Source: an uncultured Bacillota bacterium | GTDB lineage: Bacteria; Bacillota_I; Bacilli_A; RFN20; CAG-631 | DNA length: 64,000 nucleotides | Direction: 5' to 3' | NCBI GenBank assembly: GCA_902491575.1 | Contig: CABUID010000003.1 | Span: 631-64,630, forward strand | In this document: positions 10,749 to 21,242 of the stretch, in pieces | How positions within the stretch are numbered: position 1 is the first letter of the stretch | How the letters are laid out: every line of letters starts with the position of its first letter | Notes under the pieces: model-generated | The model's input: only the letters and a program-made list of their open reading frames with translations | Told to the model about the DNA's origin: nothing | The model's database searches: none | Position numbers and translations under genes: made by a program

Positions 10749-11447
10749 TTATTTCATAACTTGGTATTTCTTTTCATTGAAAATACTATAATATTCATTC
10801 TTTCCAAAAATAATATGATCTAATAGTTTTACTTGAATGTATTTTAAAGCAGAATAAAGTGAATAAAAAGTGGCAATATCTTCTAAAGAAGGCGATGCAT
10901 CACCAGATGGATGGTTATGACAAATGACTACTTTTTTAGCGTATTTTTCAATAGCATGCTTACAAATTAATTTATTATTCGTTACACTCATTGTATCATT
11001 ACCAATCGTCAATATTTCTTCAAAAAGAATAACATTTTTGACATTAAGATAAACGACAATTAGTTTTTCTTGTAAGGATGATTCAAATTTCAAGCGAAGA
11101 TATTGATATAGATCATAAGGGCAAGTTAAAACAATTTCTTCTTGATGATTAAATTCATTATTTTTCAAGATTCTAACAAATAATTCATGAATGGCTAATA
11201 TCTGTAAAGATTTAACTTGACTAATTCCTTTTATTTGATTTAATTCATAAAAACTTGCTTTAAACACATTACCAATCCCATTAAAAGAACAAATCAATTC
11301 CATTGCTGTTTCAAGTGCAGTTTTCTTCTTCGTACCGCTACGAAGAAGAATAGCCAATAATTCACTATCCGATAATACATCAATACCATATTTAATTGCT
11401 TTTTCTCTTGGTCTTTCCTGAATAGGTAAATCTTTGATTGTTCCCAT
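10749..11447 (-). CDS. radC: RadC-family (JAB/MPN domain) DNA repair protein
   Basis: The JAMM-like motif HNHPSGDASPSLEDI is present, with an N-terminal HhH-like region. Confidence 0.85.
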   Translation of the reverse strand: MGTIKDLPIQERPREKAIKYGIDVLSDSELLAILLRSGTKKKTALETAMELICSFNGIGNVFKASFYELNQIKGISQVKSLQILAIHELFVRILKNNEFNHQEEIVLTCPYDLYQYLRLKFESSLQEKLIVVYLNVKNVILFEEILTIGNDTMSVTNNKLICKHAIEKYAKKVVICHNHPSGDASPSLEDIATFYSLYSALKYIQVKLLDHIIFGKNEYYSIFNEKKYQVMK

Positions 11448-11647
11448 TAGGTCGTAAACTTAAACTTAAATCCACCAGGTAAAGCAATATCACCACTTTT
11501 TGCTCCATATAATTTATAAATGACAATCGTTATAATGGCAATTACTCCAAAAGCTGTAATCAGTCCCATTCCAAGTTCTGCACCTTTTCCATACTTTTGT
11601 TTTTGTAAAGACAAAGGTATTTTTTGATATTTCATTTCTTCTAACAT
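11447..11647 (-). CDS. Small single-TM protein (66 aa), stop overlapping the radC start
   Basis: A strong RBS AGGAGG sits 6 nt upstream of the ATG. There is one TM helix and the stop overlaps the radC ATG. Confidence 0.4.
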   Translation of the reverse strand: MLEEMKYQKIPLSLQKQKYGKGAELGMGLITAFGVIAIITIVIYKLYGAKSGDIALPGGFKFKFTT

Positions 11648-11930
11648 AATTTACCTCCTAATTATATATAGTCCTTTTTATTTAAAATTACTTAAAATTC
11701 TCATTTTGAAAAGGTAAAATACATCCTAGGTTATTCTTTTATCGACTTATGTGCATCAATAAACTGATTTATTTATTTTAAACTATTGAATAAATGTTCC
11801 TTATGATAACAATTAAAAACTTTCCTATTTAATATAATAGAAAACCTCAATTCCATTCATATTAGAATTGAGGTTTAATACGTTTTTTATCATCTATCTA
11901 CGATTGCTTGATTAACACATTAGAAAATAT

Positions 11931-12674
11931 TTAAACAAACCATTTTTGTATCCAAGCTATAAGTGTTAAAAGAAAATTATTTTCATAAAAGAACTTGGAT
12001 AAAGTAAAGATATCAGGCTCATCAAGGCGCATCGTTTGTACAAGCCATGCTGATACACTCGAATCTGTAGGAATAATAAAAGTAAACATATAAGTTAATA
12101 AGCATACAAATAAAACGCCAATTACTCCATTAAGCACTCCACCTAATAAAGTATTTATAATTCCTACAAAAGGTATTTGTTCTATCGCAGCAAATAAACG
12201 ATTTAATAAAGAGACTAAAATCCGTACAATAATAAATAAAATAACAAAAGCGATTCCTATAAATATATAATAAGATATTGTTGGGGCTAATGATTCACTA
12301 ACGGTCGTCGTTTCACCCGTAATCGGAATCATTTTATAAAACAAGGAAGATAAAAGTCCATTTAATCCGTCAGGTATGTTAATTTCTTTTAAAGCCATAT
12401 TAATCACTTCTTGCTTATTTCCCTCGGTAATCGAAGTAGTAAAAATACCACCTTTACTATTGAAAAAATCTAATAAACTAGAAGTTAATGATTCGCCAAG
12501 GGAACTTTTAGTAAGTAAATGAGCAATCGGTTTACAAAGTAAAACAGCAATAATAAAAGCAACTATATTTTTAATTAATGAAATCAGTGTTTTGAAAAAA
12601 CCTTTTTTCAAACCTAGTAAAGCAAAAGCAATAATGATGACTAAAAAAATTATACTAATAAGATCAATTTTCAT
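11931..12674 (-). CDS. cvpA: CvpA-family (colicin V production) membrane protein
   Basis: The N-terminus MKIDLISIIFLVIIIAFALLGLKKGFFKTLISL is typical of CvpA. It has 4-5 TM segments. Confidence 0.65.
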   Translation of the reverse strand: MKIDLISIIFLVIIIAFALLGLKKGFFKTLISLIKNIVAFIIAVLLCKPIAHLLTKSSLGESLTSSLLDFFNSKGGIFTTSITEGNKQEVINMALKEINIPDGLNGLLSSLFYKMIPITGETTTVSESLAPTISYYIFIGIAFVILFIIVRILVSLLNRLFAAIEQIPFVGIINTLLGGVLNGVIGVLFVCLLTYMFTFIIPTDSSVSAWLVQTMRLDEPDIFTLSKFFYENNFLLTLIAWIQKWFV

Positions 12675-12692
12675 ATTGATGATACTCCTTTT

Positions 12693-15332
12693 TTATTTTT
12701 TCATGGAAGTAAGTTCATGAATTCGCTTTAAAATAGTCGCCTTTTTCGATAAATAATCCTCCAATATTTTTCTTTCGGCATCAATTTTAAATTTTGGTGC
12801 TTTTTCAACAAAAGATGGATTATTAAACATGGCTTCTCCACGTGCAACACCTGCATCAACTTTTATTAATTCTTTATTTAATTTCTCCAATTCCTTATCG
12901 ATATCAATCGCATTTTCCAAAGAAACGAATAATTCACCAGATGTAATGGCCACAACTCGACCATTATGACCAAATTCTTTTGTTTTCGATACGACAAAAG
13001 ATTCTGCATTCGTGAATTTTGTCAAATAAGTCAAATTATCATTTAATGTTTGAATGAGTTTACCATCCTCACTTTTATCATATACAGCAATCTTTAATTT
13101 TATGCTATTAGCAATATTTTCCGTATTTCTTACATTTCTAACGACTGTAATAATTTCGATAATGGAATCCATTTCTTCCATAATTTGCTGATTTTCATAT
13201 TTTTTAGCTATTTTTGGCCAGTTTTCTAAATGAATAGAAGATTTACACTCTGGAATAGCTTGATAAATTTCATCGCTAATAAAAGGAGCAAAAGGATGAA
13301 GAAGAATTAATATTTGTTTTAGGGTATAGACTAAAACCTGTCGTGTATTATCTGCTATATCTTCTTTTAATAAAGATAACTTACTCATTTCTATATACCA
13401 AGAGCAAAAATCATTCCAAATTAAGTTTAATAAATAAGATCCGACATTAGCAAATTCATATTTTTCAAGGTTTTCAGTTATTTTATCCGTTGCATATTTT
13501 AATTTCGCTAATATCCATTTGTCAGCTAATGTTAATTGATTATCCTCAATATCTTTTACTTTAAAATCATGAGGGATATTCATCAAAACGAATCGAGAAG
13601 CATTCCATATTTTATTTAAAAAGTTCCAACTTGATTCAATTTTTGTTGTTGAATAACGGAAATCTAATCCTGGCGCACTCGATGTAGCTAAAAAGAAACG
13701 TAAAGCATCGGCTCCATATTGTTCAATTACATCCATAGGATCAATCCCATTTCCTAAAGATTTAGACATTTTACGGCCTTGTTCATCTCGAATCAGACCA
13801 TGAATCAAAACATCGTGAAACGGCATCTTTCCTGTAAATTCGACTGCTTGAAACATCATTCGTGAAACCCAAAATAAGATAATATCAAAAGCAGTAACCA
13901 TTAAACTATTGGGATAATATCGTTTTAAATCATCACTTTCACTCGGCCATCCTAAAGTAGTAAATGGCCATAGCGCGCTTGAAAACCATGTATCTAACAC
14001 ATCTTCATCTTGCGTATAATTTTCAATATCTTTTGGCGGATTAAAACTAACAACAATTTTTCCTGTTTCCTTATGATAATAAGCAGGTATTCTATGCCCC
14101 CACCATAATTGTCGAGAAATACACCAATCTTCAATTCCTTCCATCCAATTTATAAAATTCTTTTCAAAACGAGGAGGATAGAAATTTACTTTACTTTCCT
14201 CTTTTGCTTGCCTATCTAAAGCCGCTTTCGATAAACCTTTCATGGATACAAACCATTGTTTGGATAAACGTGGTTCAATGACTGCATCACTTCTTTCAGA
14301 ATGTCCAACTTGATGAACTATCTCTTCAATGTGATCTAACAATCCTTTGTTTTTAATCTCCTCAACAAGTAACTTACGACATTCATAGCGATCTAATCCA
14401 TTATACTTTCCAGCCACTTCATTCATTGTGGCATCATCGTTCATGCAAACAATCATTTCCAAATGATACTTATTCCCTAAATTATAATCATTTGGATCAT
14501 GAGCAGGTGTACATTTCATTGCACCTGTACCAAATTCAATATCCACATAAGGATCAAAAATAACTTGTAAAACTTCTCCATTGGCTGGATTAATTAATTT
14601 TTTACCTTTTAACCATTGATAACGTTCATCTTTTGGATTGACAACAACTGCAACATCACCAAACATCGTTTCAGGTCTAGTTGTACCAACGACAATAGAT
14701 TGATTTTCATTTTCTACAAAATACTTAAAATAATACATTTTACCAGGATCATCTTTATAAATGACTTCGATATTGGATAAAGCCGTTTTCAAAACTGGAT
14801 CCCAGTTTATAATTTTTTCTTTTCGATAGATTAAACCCTTTTCATATAATGAACAAAAAACAGTTCTTACCGCTTCATTTCTTTTTTCATCAAAAGTAAA
14901 ACATTCTCTAGAATAATCAAGAGATAAACCCATTTTGGCCCATTGCTCACGAATTGTATGAGCATATTCTACTTTCCATTCCCAAGCATAATCTAAAAAT
15001 TTCTCTCTACCAATATCATATTTATCAATGCCCATATTGCGCAATTTTTTTTCAACAACAGCCTGAGTAGCAATTCCAGCATGATCCATTCCAGGTACAA
15101 AACATACATCAAAGCCTTGTAATCTTTTAAAACGTGCCATTACATCTTGTAAAGTTGTATTTAATGCATGACCAATATGCAATTTTCCTGTGACATTTGG
15201 CGGAGGAAGGACAATCGAATAAGCTGTTTTATTCTTATCGCCAGCTTGAAAATAACCTTCTTTTAACCAATTATCGTATTTTCCTTTTTCAATTTCTTGT
15301 GGATTATATTTTTGAGCAAGTTGCTTCATCAT
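12693..15332 (-). CDS. valS: Valine--tRNA ligase
   Basis: HIGH (LHIGHAL) and KMSKS (KMSKSLGN) motifs are present. The 879-aa protein has a C-terminal coiled coil. Confidence 0.95.
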   Translation of the reverse strand: MMKQLAQKYNPQEIEKGKYDNWLKEGYFQAGDKNKTAYSIVLPPPNVTGKLHIGHALNTTLQDVMARFKRLQGFDVCFVPGMDHAGIATQAVVEKKLRNMGIDKYDIGREKFLDYAWEWKVEYAHTIREQWAKMGLSLDYSRECFTFDEKRNEAVRTVFCSLYEKGLIYRKEKIINWDPVLKTALSNIEVIYKDDPGKMYYFKYFVENENQSIVVGTTRPETMFGDVAVVVNPKDERYQWLKGKKLINPANGEVLQVIFDPYVDIEFGTGAMKCTPAHDPNDYNLGNKYHLEMIVCMNDDATMNEVAGKYNGLDRYECRKLLVEEIKNKGLLDHIEEIVHQVGHSERSDAVIEPRLSKQWFVSMKGLSKAALDRQAKEESKVNFYPPRFEKNFINWMEGIEDWCISRQLWWGHRIPAYYHKETGKIVVSFNPPKDIENYTQDEDVLDTWFSSALWPFTTLGWPSESDDLKRYYPNSLMVTAFDIILFWVSRMMFQAVEFTGKMPFHDVLIHGLIRDEQGRKMSKSLGNGIDPMDVIEQYGADALRFFLATSSAPGLDFRYSTTKIESSWNFLNKIWNASRFVLMNIPHDFKVKDIEDNQLTLADKWILAKLKYATDKITENLEKYEFANVGSYLLNLIWNDFCSWYIEMSKLSLLKEDIADNTRQVLVYTLKQILILLHPFAPFISDEIYQAIPECKSSIHLENWPKIAKKYENQQIMEEMDSIIEIITVVRNVRNTENIANSIKLKIAVYDKSEDGKLIQTLNDNLTYLTKFTNAESFVVSKTKEFGHNGRVVAITSGELFVSLENAIDIDKELEKLNKELIKVDAGVARGEAMFNNPSFVEKAPKFKIDAERKILEDYLSKKATILKRIHELTSMKK

Positions 15333-15348
15333 TTAGCCTCCTTTAAAA

Positions 15349-15565
15349 TAAAAAAAGTCCTTAGCTATCTAAGGACGAATGATCGCGGTACCACCTTAGT
15401 TCATAACAAAAGTTATGCCCTTTATTCTTTAACGCAGAAATACGATTCCCCTATTGACTTAGGAAATATGCTCCAAGACTACCTTCAAAGTATTTTTACT
15501 CTATCCCTTTCCATCCTTGAGGACTTTCTATAAGAACAATACTTTTACTCTTTCTTTTCATCGCA
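15349..15565 (-). ncRNA. T-box riboswitch leader of valS (Stem I, T-box sequence, intrinsic terminator)
   Basis: The minus strand shows a Stem I start GTTGCGATGAAAAGAAAGAGTA (GA/AGAGA-type motifs) and the T-box AACTAAGGTGGTACCGCGATC (complement at 15384-15395). A terminator gtccttag-atag-ctaaggac plus U7 lies at 15350-15376, immediately before the valS RBS AAAGGAGG. Confidence 0.8.
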
Positions 15566-15570
15566 ACTTT

Positions 15571-15599
15571 ATTATATTCAATCTTTCCAAAAAATGCAA
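15571..15599 (-). promoter_or_regulatory. Sigma-A-type promoter for the valS T-box leader
   Basis: TTGCAT-17nt-TATAAT is read on the minus strand. Confidence 0.5.
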
Positions 15600-15688
15600 C
15601 CCTAAATTAAAGAAGTAAAAGATTCAATTCACTATCAAAGCGTGTTTACTTTGTACATAATTATGCTATAATATAAAAGGGTGATAAA

Positions 15689-17764
15689 ATGAAAAACAAA
15701 GCAAAGCCTATAACTGACTTAAGAAATACAAATGAAATTTCTAATTTATGTCATGAAACAAATGAGCCAATTACGATAACCAAAAATGGTTATGATGATT
15801 TGGTCATTATGTCCAGTGATGCTTATCAAAATTTATTAAAAAGTGAAGTAACTTATTCTTTTCCAAAGCCATCTTTGTGCTATTCAATGATAAAAGTAGG
15901 TTGTGCATGTAATGAAATAAAAGTTGCTTCTCCAAGTCAAAATGCACAAGAAATCATCAAAATCATTCATCAAGCTTCAGCTGAAGATTTAGATATTTTA
16001 CTTTTTCCCGAACTTGCAGTGACAGGATATTTTTGTGGGGATTTGTTTTATCAAGACTCTTTAATTCATTCAACGCTTAAAGCCATTGAAGACATCCGTT
16101 TAAGTACAATAAAAAATCACACCTTGATATTTATTGGTGCACCTTTAATCCATCTAGATAAAATTTATAATTGTGCGATAGCGTTTTGTGATGGGCAAAT
16201 CTTAGGCGTTGTACCAAAATCAAATTTGCCAAATTATAATGAATTTTATGAAAATCGTCAATTTGTTGAATATCATGGTGAAAACACAACCATCCACCTC
16301 AATGGAAAAGAATATCCATTTGGTAATCAACTTCTTTTCTCAAATAAATATCAAACAAAATTAAAAGTAGCTTGTGAATTATGTGAAGACTTATGGGCTG
16401 CGGATACGCCATCTACTCATCATGCTTTAGCAGGAGCAAATGTCATCGTTAATTTATCGGCTTCCAATGAACTATTCAATAAAGATGAAACACGTAAAAT
16501 GCTTGTATTAGCTACATCTTATCGTTTAAATTGTGCTTATTTATATGCTTCTATTGGCAATGGTGAATCCACACAAGATTTAGTTTATTCTGGTCATCAT
16601 TTAATTGCCGAAAATGGCATTTTATTAAAAGAATCAAAACGATTTACGAATGAAATGATTATAACAGAAATTGATTTGGATTTACTTGAAGCTTCCAGAA
16701 GAAAAAACACCTCTTTTAAAAGTAAACTTAATAAGAATTATCAAATTCTTTATTTTGAAAAAAAACTATCTGTTAAAGATTTAACTCGCTTTATTAATCC
16801 TTTTCCTTTTTTACCTGTTCAAGAAAATGAATCTGAAAAATATGCTTTTGATATCCTTCAACTTCAAGTGATGGGACTTGCTAAACGTTTACAACATCTT
16901 CATTGTAACAATGTGGTTTTAGGATTATCTGGTGGTTTAGATTCCACTTTAGCCTTAATTGTTTGCTATGAAACATTTCAATATCTCCATTATGATTTAA
17001 AAGGAATTCACACTTTGGTGATGCCCTGTTATGGCACTTCTGAAAGAACCTATCAAAACGCACTAGAATTATCAAAATTATTTTCAACTACACTTAAAAT
17101 CATTTCAATTGAACAATCAACTTCTTTACATTTAAAAGATATTCAACATCCTTTAAATCAAAAAGATGTTACTTTTGAAAACGCTCAAGCAAGAGAAAGA
17201 ACTCAAATTCTTTTTGATTATTCAAACCAAATAAATGGTTTAGTAATCGGAACCGGTGATTTATCTGAATTAGCACTTGGATGGTGTACTTATAATGGCG
17301 ATCATATGTCCAATTATGCGGTGAATGTCTCTGTAGCCAAAACTTTAGTAAAATTCTTAGTAAAAGCTTATGCGAATACTCACCCTTTATTCAAAGATGT
17401 GCTTTATGATATTTTGGACACTCCTATTTCACCAGAATTATTACCATCCATACAAGGAAAAATTACTCAAAAAACAGAAGATATTATTGGTCCTTATGAA
17501 CTACATGACTTTTTTATTTATTATTTTTTAAAATATAATTATAGCACAGAAAAAATATATTATTACGCCACTCAAGCGTTTAAAAATTCCTATAGCAAAG
17601 AAGAAATCAAAAAATGGCTGAATGTATTTATTCAACGTTTCTTTGCTTCACAATTTAAACGTTCATGTATTCCAGATGGTCCAAAAGTGACGGAGATTTC
17701 TCTTTCACCTCGAGGAGATTTAAGAATGCCAAGTGATGGATTAGCTGACGACTTTAAACTATAA
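15689..17764 (+). CDS. nadE: Glutamine-dependent NAD+ synthetase (nitrilase domain + NAD synthetase domain) with an in-frame N-terminal Phd/YefM-antitoxin-like extension (~60 aa)
   Basis: C-N hydrolase domain FPELAVTGY, the PP-loop SGGLDS and an RBS AAAGGGTGA before the ATG at 15689. Residues 7-50 (PITDLRNTNEISNLCHETNEPITITKNGYDDLVIMSSDAYQNL) align with the YefM/Phd N-domain. Confidence 0.85.
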   Translation: MKNKAKPITDLRNTNEISNLCHETNEPITITKNGYDDLVIMSSDAYQNLLKSEVTYSFPKPSLCYSMIKVGCACNEIKVASPSQNAQEIIKIIHQASAEDLDILLFPELAVTGYFCGDLFYQDSLIHSTLKAIEDIRLSTIKNHTLIFIGAPLIHLDKIYNCAIAFCDGQILGVVPKSNLPNYNEFYENRQFVEYHGENTTIHLNGKEYPFGNQLLFSNKYQTKLKVACELCEDLWAADTPSTHHALAGANVIVNLSASNELFNKDETRKMLVLATSYRLNCAYLYASIGNGESTQDLVYSGHHLIAENGILLKESKRFTNEMIITEIDLDLLEASRRKNTSFKSKLNKNYQILYFEKKLSVKDLTRFINPFPFLPVQENESEKYAFDILQLQVMGLAKRLQHLHCNNVVLGLSGGLDSTLALIVCYETFQYLHYDLKGIHTLVMPCYGTSERTYQNALELSKLFSTTLKIISIEQSTSLHLKDIQHPLNQKDVTFENAQARERTQILFDYSNQINGLVIGTGDLSELALGWCTYNGDHMSNYAVNVSVAKTLVKFLVKAYANTHPLFKDVLYDILDTPISPELLPSIQGKITQKTEDIIGPYELHDFFIYYFLKYNYSTEKIYYYATQAFKNSYSKEEIKKWLNVFIQRFFASQFKRSCIPDGPKVTEISLSPRGDLRMPSDGLADDFKL

Positions 17765-17773
17765 ACATCTAAG

Positions 17774-18523
17774 TTAAACCTTAGATGTTTTTGATATTTG
17801 AATACTTTCCATCACCTTGCCAATTGGTTCATCTATAAGTAAATTCGCTAAGGAATCTGCTGGTGTTGGAGTCTTATTAATAATCACTAAATATTTTCCT
17901 TTAAAGTAATGAATAAAACTTGCTGCCGGATATACTTGCAAACTACATCCTCCAATGATTAACAGATCTGCCTTTTCTATCCATTCTATAGCTTTTAGAA
18001 TATCTTTTTCATTTAATGACTCACCATATAAAACAACATCCGGTTTTATTAATTGATTACATTTATCGCATAAAGGTAAATAGTCACAATGATCTATAAA
18101 TTCCCAACCCGGAAAAAATTTATGACAATGAATACAATGATTCCTTACGATAGAGCCATGAAGTTCAATGACATTTTTACTACCAGCTAATGTATGTAAA
18201 TGATCGATATTTTGAGTGATAATTCCTAAAAGTTTTCCATTATCTTCCAATTCTTTCAATTTATAATGACAAGCATTCGGTTGAATCCCTTTCTTTAATA
18301 AATTTTCTTTATAAAAAGAATAAAATTCTTTAGGATGTTCATAGAAAAAATTCAAGCTTAAAATCGTCTCTGGTGGATAAGCATATTTTAGATGATATAA
18401 GCCATCTACACTCCTAAAATCTTTTAATCCTGATTCTGTAGAAACGCCTGCTCCTCCAAAAAAGACAATTTTATTTGATTCATCAATCATATTTTGTAAT
18501 AATTTTCGTTTATTTTCTTCCAT
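17774..18523 (-). CDS. NAD-dependent protein deacylase, Sir2 family (CobB-like)
   Basis: Motifs GAGVSTESGLKDFRS and QNIDHLH are present, with the zinc ribbon CxxC...CxxC (CIHC...CDKC). Confidence 0.85.
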   Translation of the reverse strand: MEENKRKLLQNMIDESNKIVFFGGAGVSTESGLKDFRSVDGLYHLKYAYPPETILSLNFFYEHPKEFYSFYKENLLKKGIQPNACHYKLKELEDNGKLLGIITQNIDHLHTLAGSKNVIELHGSIVRNHCIHCHKFFPGWEFIDHCDYLPLCDKCNQLIKPDVVLYGESLNEKDILKAIEWIEKADLLIIGGCSLQVYPAASFIHYFKGKYLVIINKTPTPADSLANLLIDEPIGKVMESIQISKTSKV

Positions 18524-18664
18524 AATAATTTTATTATAAACCTTTTTTTAAATTAAGAAAACTTATTTTTTTAAATTCAAAAGTCAGTTAAAAAAGCAAT
18601 TAAAAAAAAGGTTTACTTTTTTGAAATATGACTCTATAATAATGGGAGTAGGGGGAGGAGATGT

Positions 18665-19459
18665 ATGTCAGATATCTATTATGAGGTCATAAGAGACTAC
18701 ACAACTACTATCCATCATTCTGTTGGAAAAAATGATTCATTGCTACACTTCCATCATCAACTTGAATTATTATATATTGAAGAGGGTGAAGTGATGGTTA
18801 TTGTCAATGATGAAAAAAGGACTTTGACAAAAGGTCAGTTAGTGATTATCGATTCTTTTGATAATCACCAATATATTCATAAAGAAGATGCCATTAGTCG
18901 TTGTTTGATAATTCCCGTTCATTATTTAAAAAGATATACAACTATACTAGCGAATAAATCCATTAAGGAGCATTTTATTACGAATGAAGAACAAGCTCAA
19001 AAAATCTATCAAAAAATGCTAGATGTTGTTTCTGTGATGAATGAAAATGAATTAATTTTAGAAGGAAATATTCTTATCTTATTAGGCACAATTATTGAAA
19101 ATAATTTGATACCTAATTCCAATAAGACAAGTTATGATTTAGTGAAGAATATACTGCTTTACATTGAAGATAATTATAAATCATCGATTACTTTGGATTC
19201 TATAGCAAAACATTTCGGTTATTCTAAGTATTATTTTTCTCATTTATTTAACAAATGTTTTCGTTGTAATTTAAACGATTATTTAAATTTAGTTCGCTGT
19301 CGACATAGCATCAATTGCGTATTAGATGATCACATGTCTGTATCCGATGCAGCTTTTGCTTCAGGCTTTGTTTCGATGAGAACATTTTACCGAACGTTTA
19401 AAAAATATTTTAAAATGACTCCAAAAGAGTATTTCCACAAAAATAAGAATATGAAATAA
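18665..19459 (+). CDS. AraC-family transcriptional regulator (N-terminal cupin-like sensor + C-terminal double HTH)
   Basis: The C-terminal AraC signature DAAFASGFVSMRTFYRTFKKYFKMTPKEY is present. Confidence 0.8.
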   Translation: MSDIYYEVIRDYTTTIHHSVGKNDSLLHFHHQLELLYIEEGEVMVIVNDEKRTLTKGQLVIIDSFDNHQYIHKEDAISRCLIIPVHYLKRYTTILANKSIKEHFITNEEQAQKIYQKMLDVVSVMNENELILEGNILILLGTIIENNLIPNSNKTSYDLVKNILLYIEDNYKSSITLDSIAKHFGYSKYYFSHLFNKCFRCNLNDYLNLVRCRHSINCVLDDHMSVSDAAFASGFVSMRTFYRTFKKYFKMTPKEYFHKNKNMK

Positions 19460-19490
19460 TTAAGGTCCACAAAAGTGGACCTATTTTAAT

Positions 19491-21137
19491 CTATTGAGTA
19501 AAAGAAGACTTTAATTCACAAGTACGATTAAAAATTAAATGATTGGATGTTGAATCTTTATCTGTACAATAATAACCATTTCTAACAAATTGATAATGTG
19601 TTCCATTTTTACTATCTTTTAAATAAGATTCAACGTAGCCTTCTTTCATTACCCAAGAATCAGGATTTAATCTTTCAATAAAACTCAAATCTTTTGTCTC
19701 TTCTGTGGCATCCCAAATTAAAGGGTTAAATAAATTAAAAGTGGCTTTTAAAGCGGTTGTCGCCTCCACATAATGAATTGTTCCGTTTGGCTTTCTTTCA
19801 TTAAAACCAGAACCAGACTTTGTTTTTTCATCATATGTGCAATGGATTTCGATGATATCCCCTTTTTCATTTTTTACTACATCATGACAAGTGATAAAAT
19901 AAGCATGCATCAATCTTACTTCCACATTTTTAGCTAATCTTTTCCATTTTTTATTAGGCTTTTCTTCTACAAAATCATCTCTTTCAATATATAAATATTT
20001 ACTAAAAGCAATTTTTCGAGTTCCAAGTTCTGGATTTTCTAAATTTAATGGAGAATCTATCCATTCCACTTGATTTTCAGGATAATTATCAATTACAACT
20101 TTTAATGGATTTAAAATAGCACTTGGACGTGTAGCTTTTAATTTTTGATCTTCTCTTAAAAAGAAATCTAAATTTTCTGAATTCGTTGTGGAATTAATTC
20201 TTGATAGTCCCGTATATAAAATAAATTCTTTAATCGCTTCTGGGGTAAAGCCTCTTCTTTTTAAGCCAACTAAAGTGGGCATACGCGGATCATCATAACC
20301 CATTACATAATGTTGATCTACTAATTGACGTAAGTATCGTTTTGACATAATCGTATTGGTAATATTTAAACGTCCCCATTCATATTGATGAGGCTTATGT
20401 TCCATTTCACAATTTTCGATAAACCAATCATATAAAGGTCGGTGATTATCAAATTCAATCGAACAAAGTGAATGAGTTACGCCTTCAAAAGCATCTTGTA
20501 ATGGATGAGCAAAATCATACATTGGATAAATACACCATTGATCTTTTGTACGATGATGCGAAACATGTAAAATACGATACATAATAGGATCACGCATATT
20601 GATATTTGGTGAAGCCATATCAATTTTAGCTCTTAATGTTTTTTCACCATCTTTAAATTCACCCTTTTTCATTCTTTCAAATAATTGTAAATTTTCTTCA
20701 ATACTACGATTTCGGAAAGGTGAATTCGTTCCTGCTTCTGTTAATGTTCCACGGTACTTTGTGATTTCTTCTTGAGTTAAATCATCTACATAAGCTAAAC
20801 CCTTTTGAATTAATAATACTGCTTTTTCATAGGTTTTTGCAAAATAATCGCTCCCATAACAAATAGCATTCGGTGTATAACCTAACCATTTTAAATCTTC
20901 AATGATAGCATTGACATATTCTTCCCCCTCATTAACAGGGTTTGTATCATCGAAACGTAAATTTGTTTTTCCATTAAAACATTTTGCTAATTCAAAATCA
21001 TTAATGATGGCTCTTGCATGACCGATATGTAAATAAGCATTGGGTTCTGGTGGAAAACGAGTAACAATTTCTTGAACTTTTCCTTCTGCTAAGTCTTTTT
21101 CCATAATTGTTTTAATAAAATTATTAATTTCTTCCAT
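19491..21137 (-). CDS. glnS: Glutamine--tRNA ligase
   Basis: RFPPEPNAYLHIGHARAI (HIGH), RFDDTNP and VMSKR (KMSKS variant) are present. The 548 aa length fits the GlnS architecture. Confidence 0.85.
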   Translation of the reverse strand: MEEINNFIKTIMEKDLAEGKVQEIVTRFPPEPNAYLHIGHARAIINDFELAKCFNGKTNLRFDDTNPVNEGEEYVNAIIEDLKWLGYTPNAICYGSDYFAKTYEKAVLLIQKGLAYVDDLTQEEITKYRGTLTEAGTNSPFRNRSIEENLQLFERMKKGEFKDGEKTLRAKIDMASPNINMRDPIMYRILHVSHHRTKDQWCIYPMYDFAHPLQDAFEGVTHSLCSIEFDNHRPLYDWFIENCEMEHKPHQYEWGRLNITNTIMSKRYLRQLVDQHYVMGYDDPRMPTLVGLKRRGFTPEAIKEFILYTGLSRINSTTNSENLDFFLREDQKLKATRPSAILNPLKVVIDNYPENQVEWIDSPLNLENPELGTRKIAFSKYLYIERDDFVEEKPNKKWKRLAKNVEVRLMHAYFITCHDVVKNEKGDIIEIHCTYDEKTKSGSGFNERKPNGTIHYVEATTALKATFNLFNPLIWDATEETKDLSFIERLNPDSWVMKEGYVESYLKDSKNGTHYQFVRNGYYCTDKDSTSNHLIFNRTCELKSSFTQ

Positions 21138-21242
21138 AAAATCAACTCCTTGAATTTTACTAAATAATTATATAATAATTTTTCTTAAAAAAAAAGAAAG
21201 AAGTGATGAAAACTTGAAAGTAAAGTAAGTGAAAATCTCTCG

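Noticed and set aside
17774-18523. Sir2-domain protein considered as a defence-system (Thoeris/DSR-like) SIR2 effector
   Set aside because: It has the housekeeping sirtuin architecture (Rossmann motifs plus Zn ribbon, 249 aa) and sits next to nadE. No partner genes typical of defence systems are nearby.
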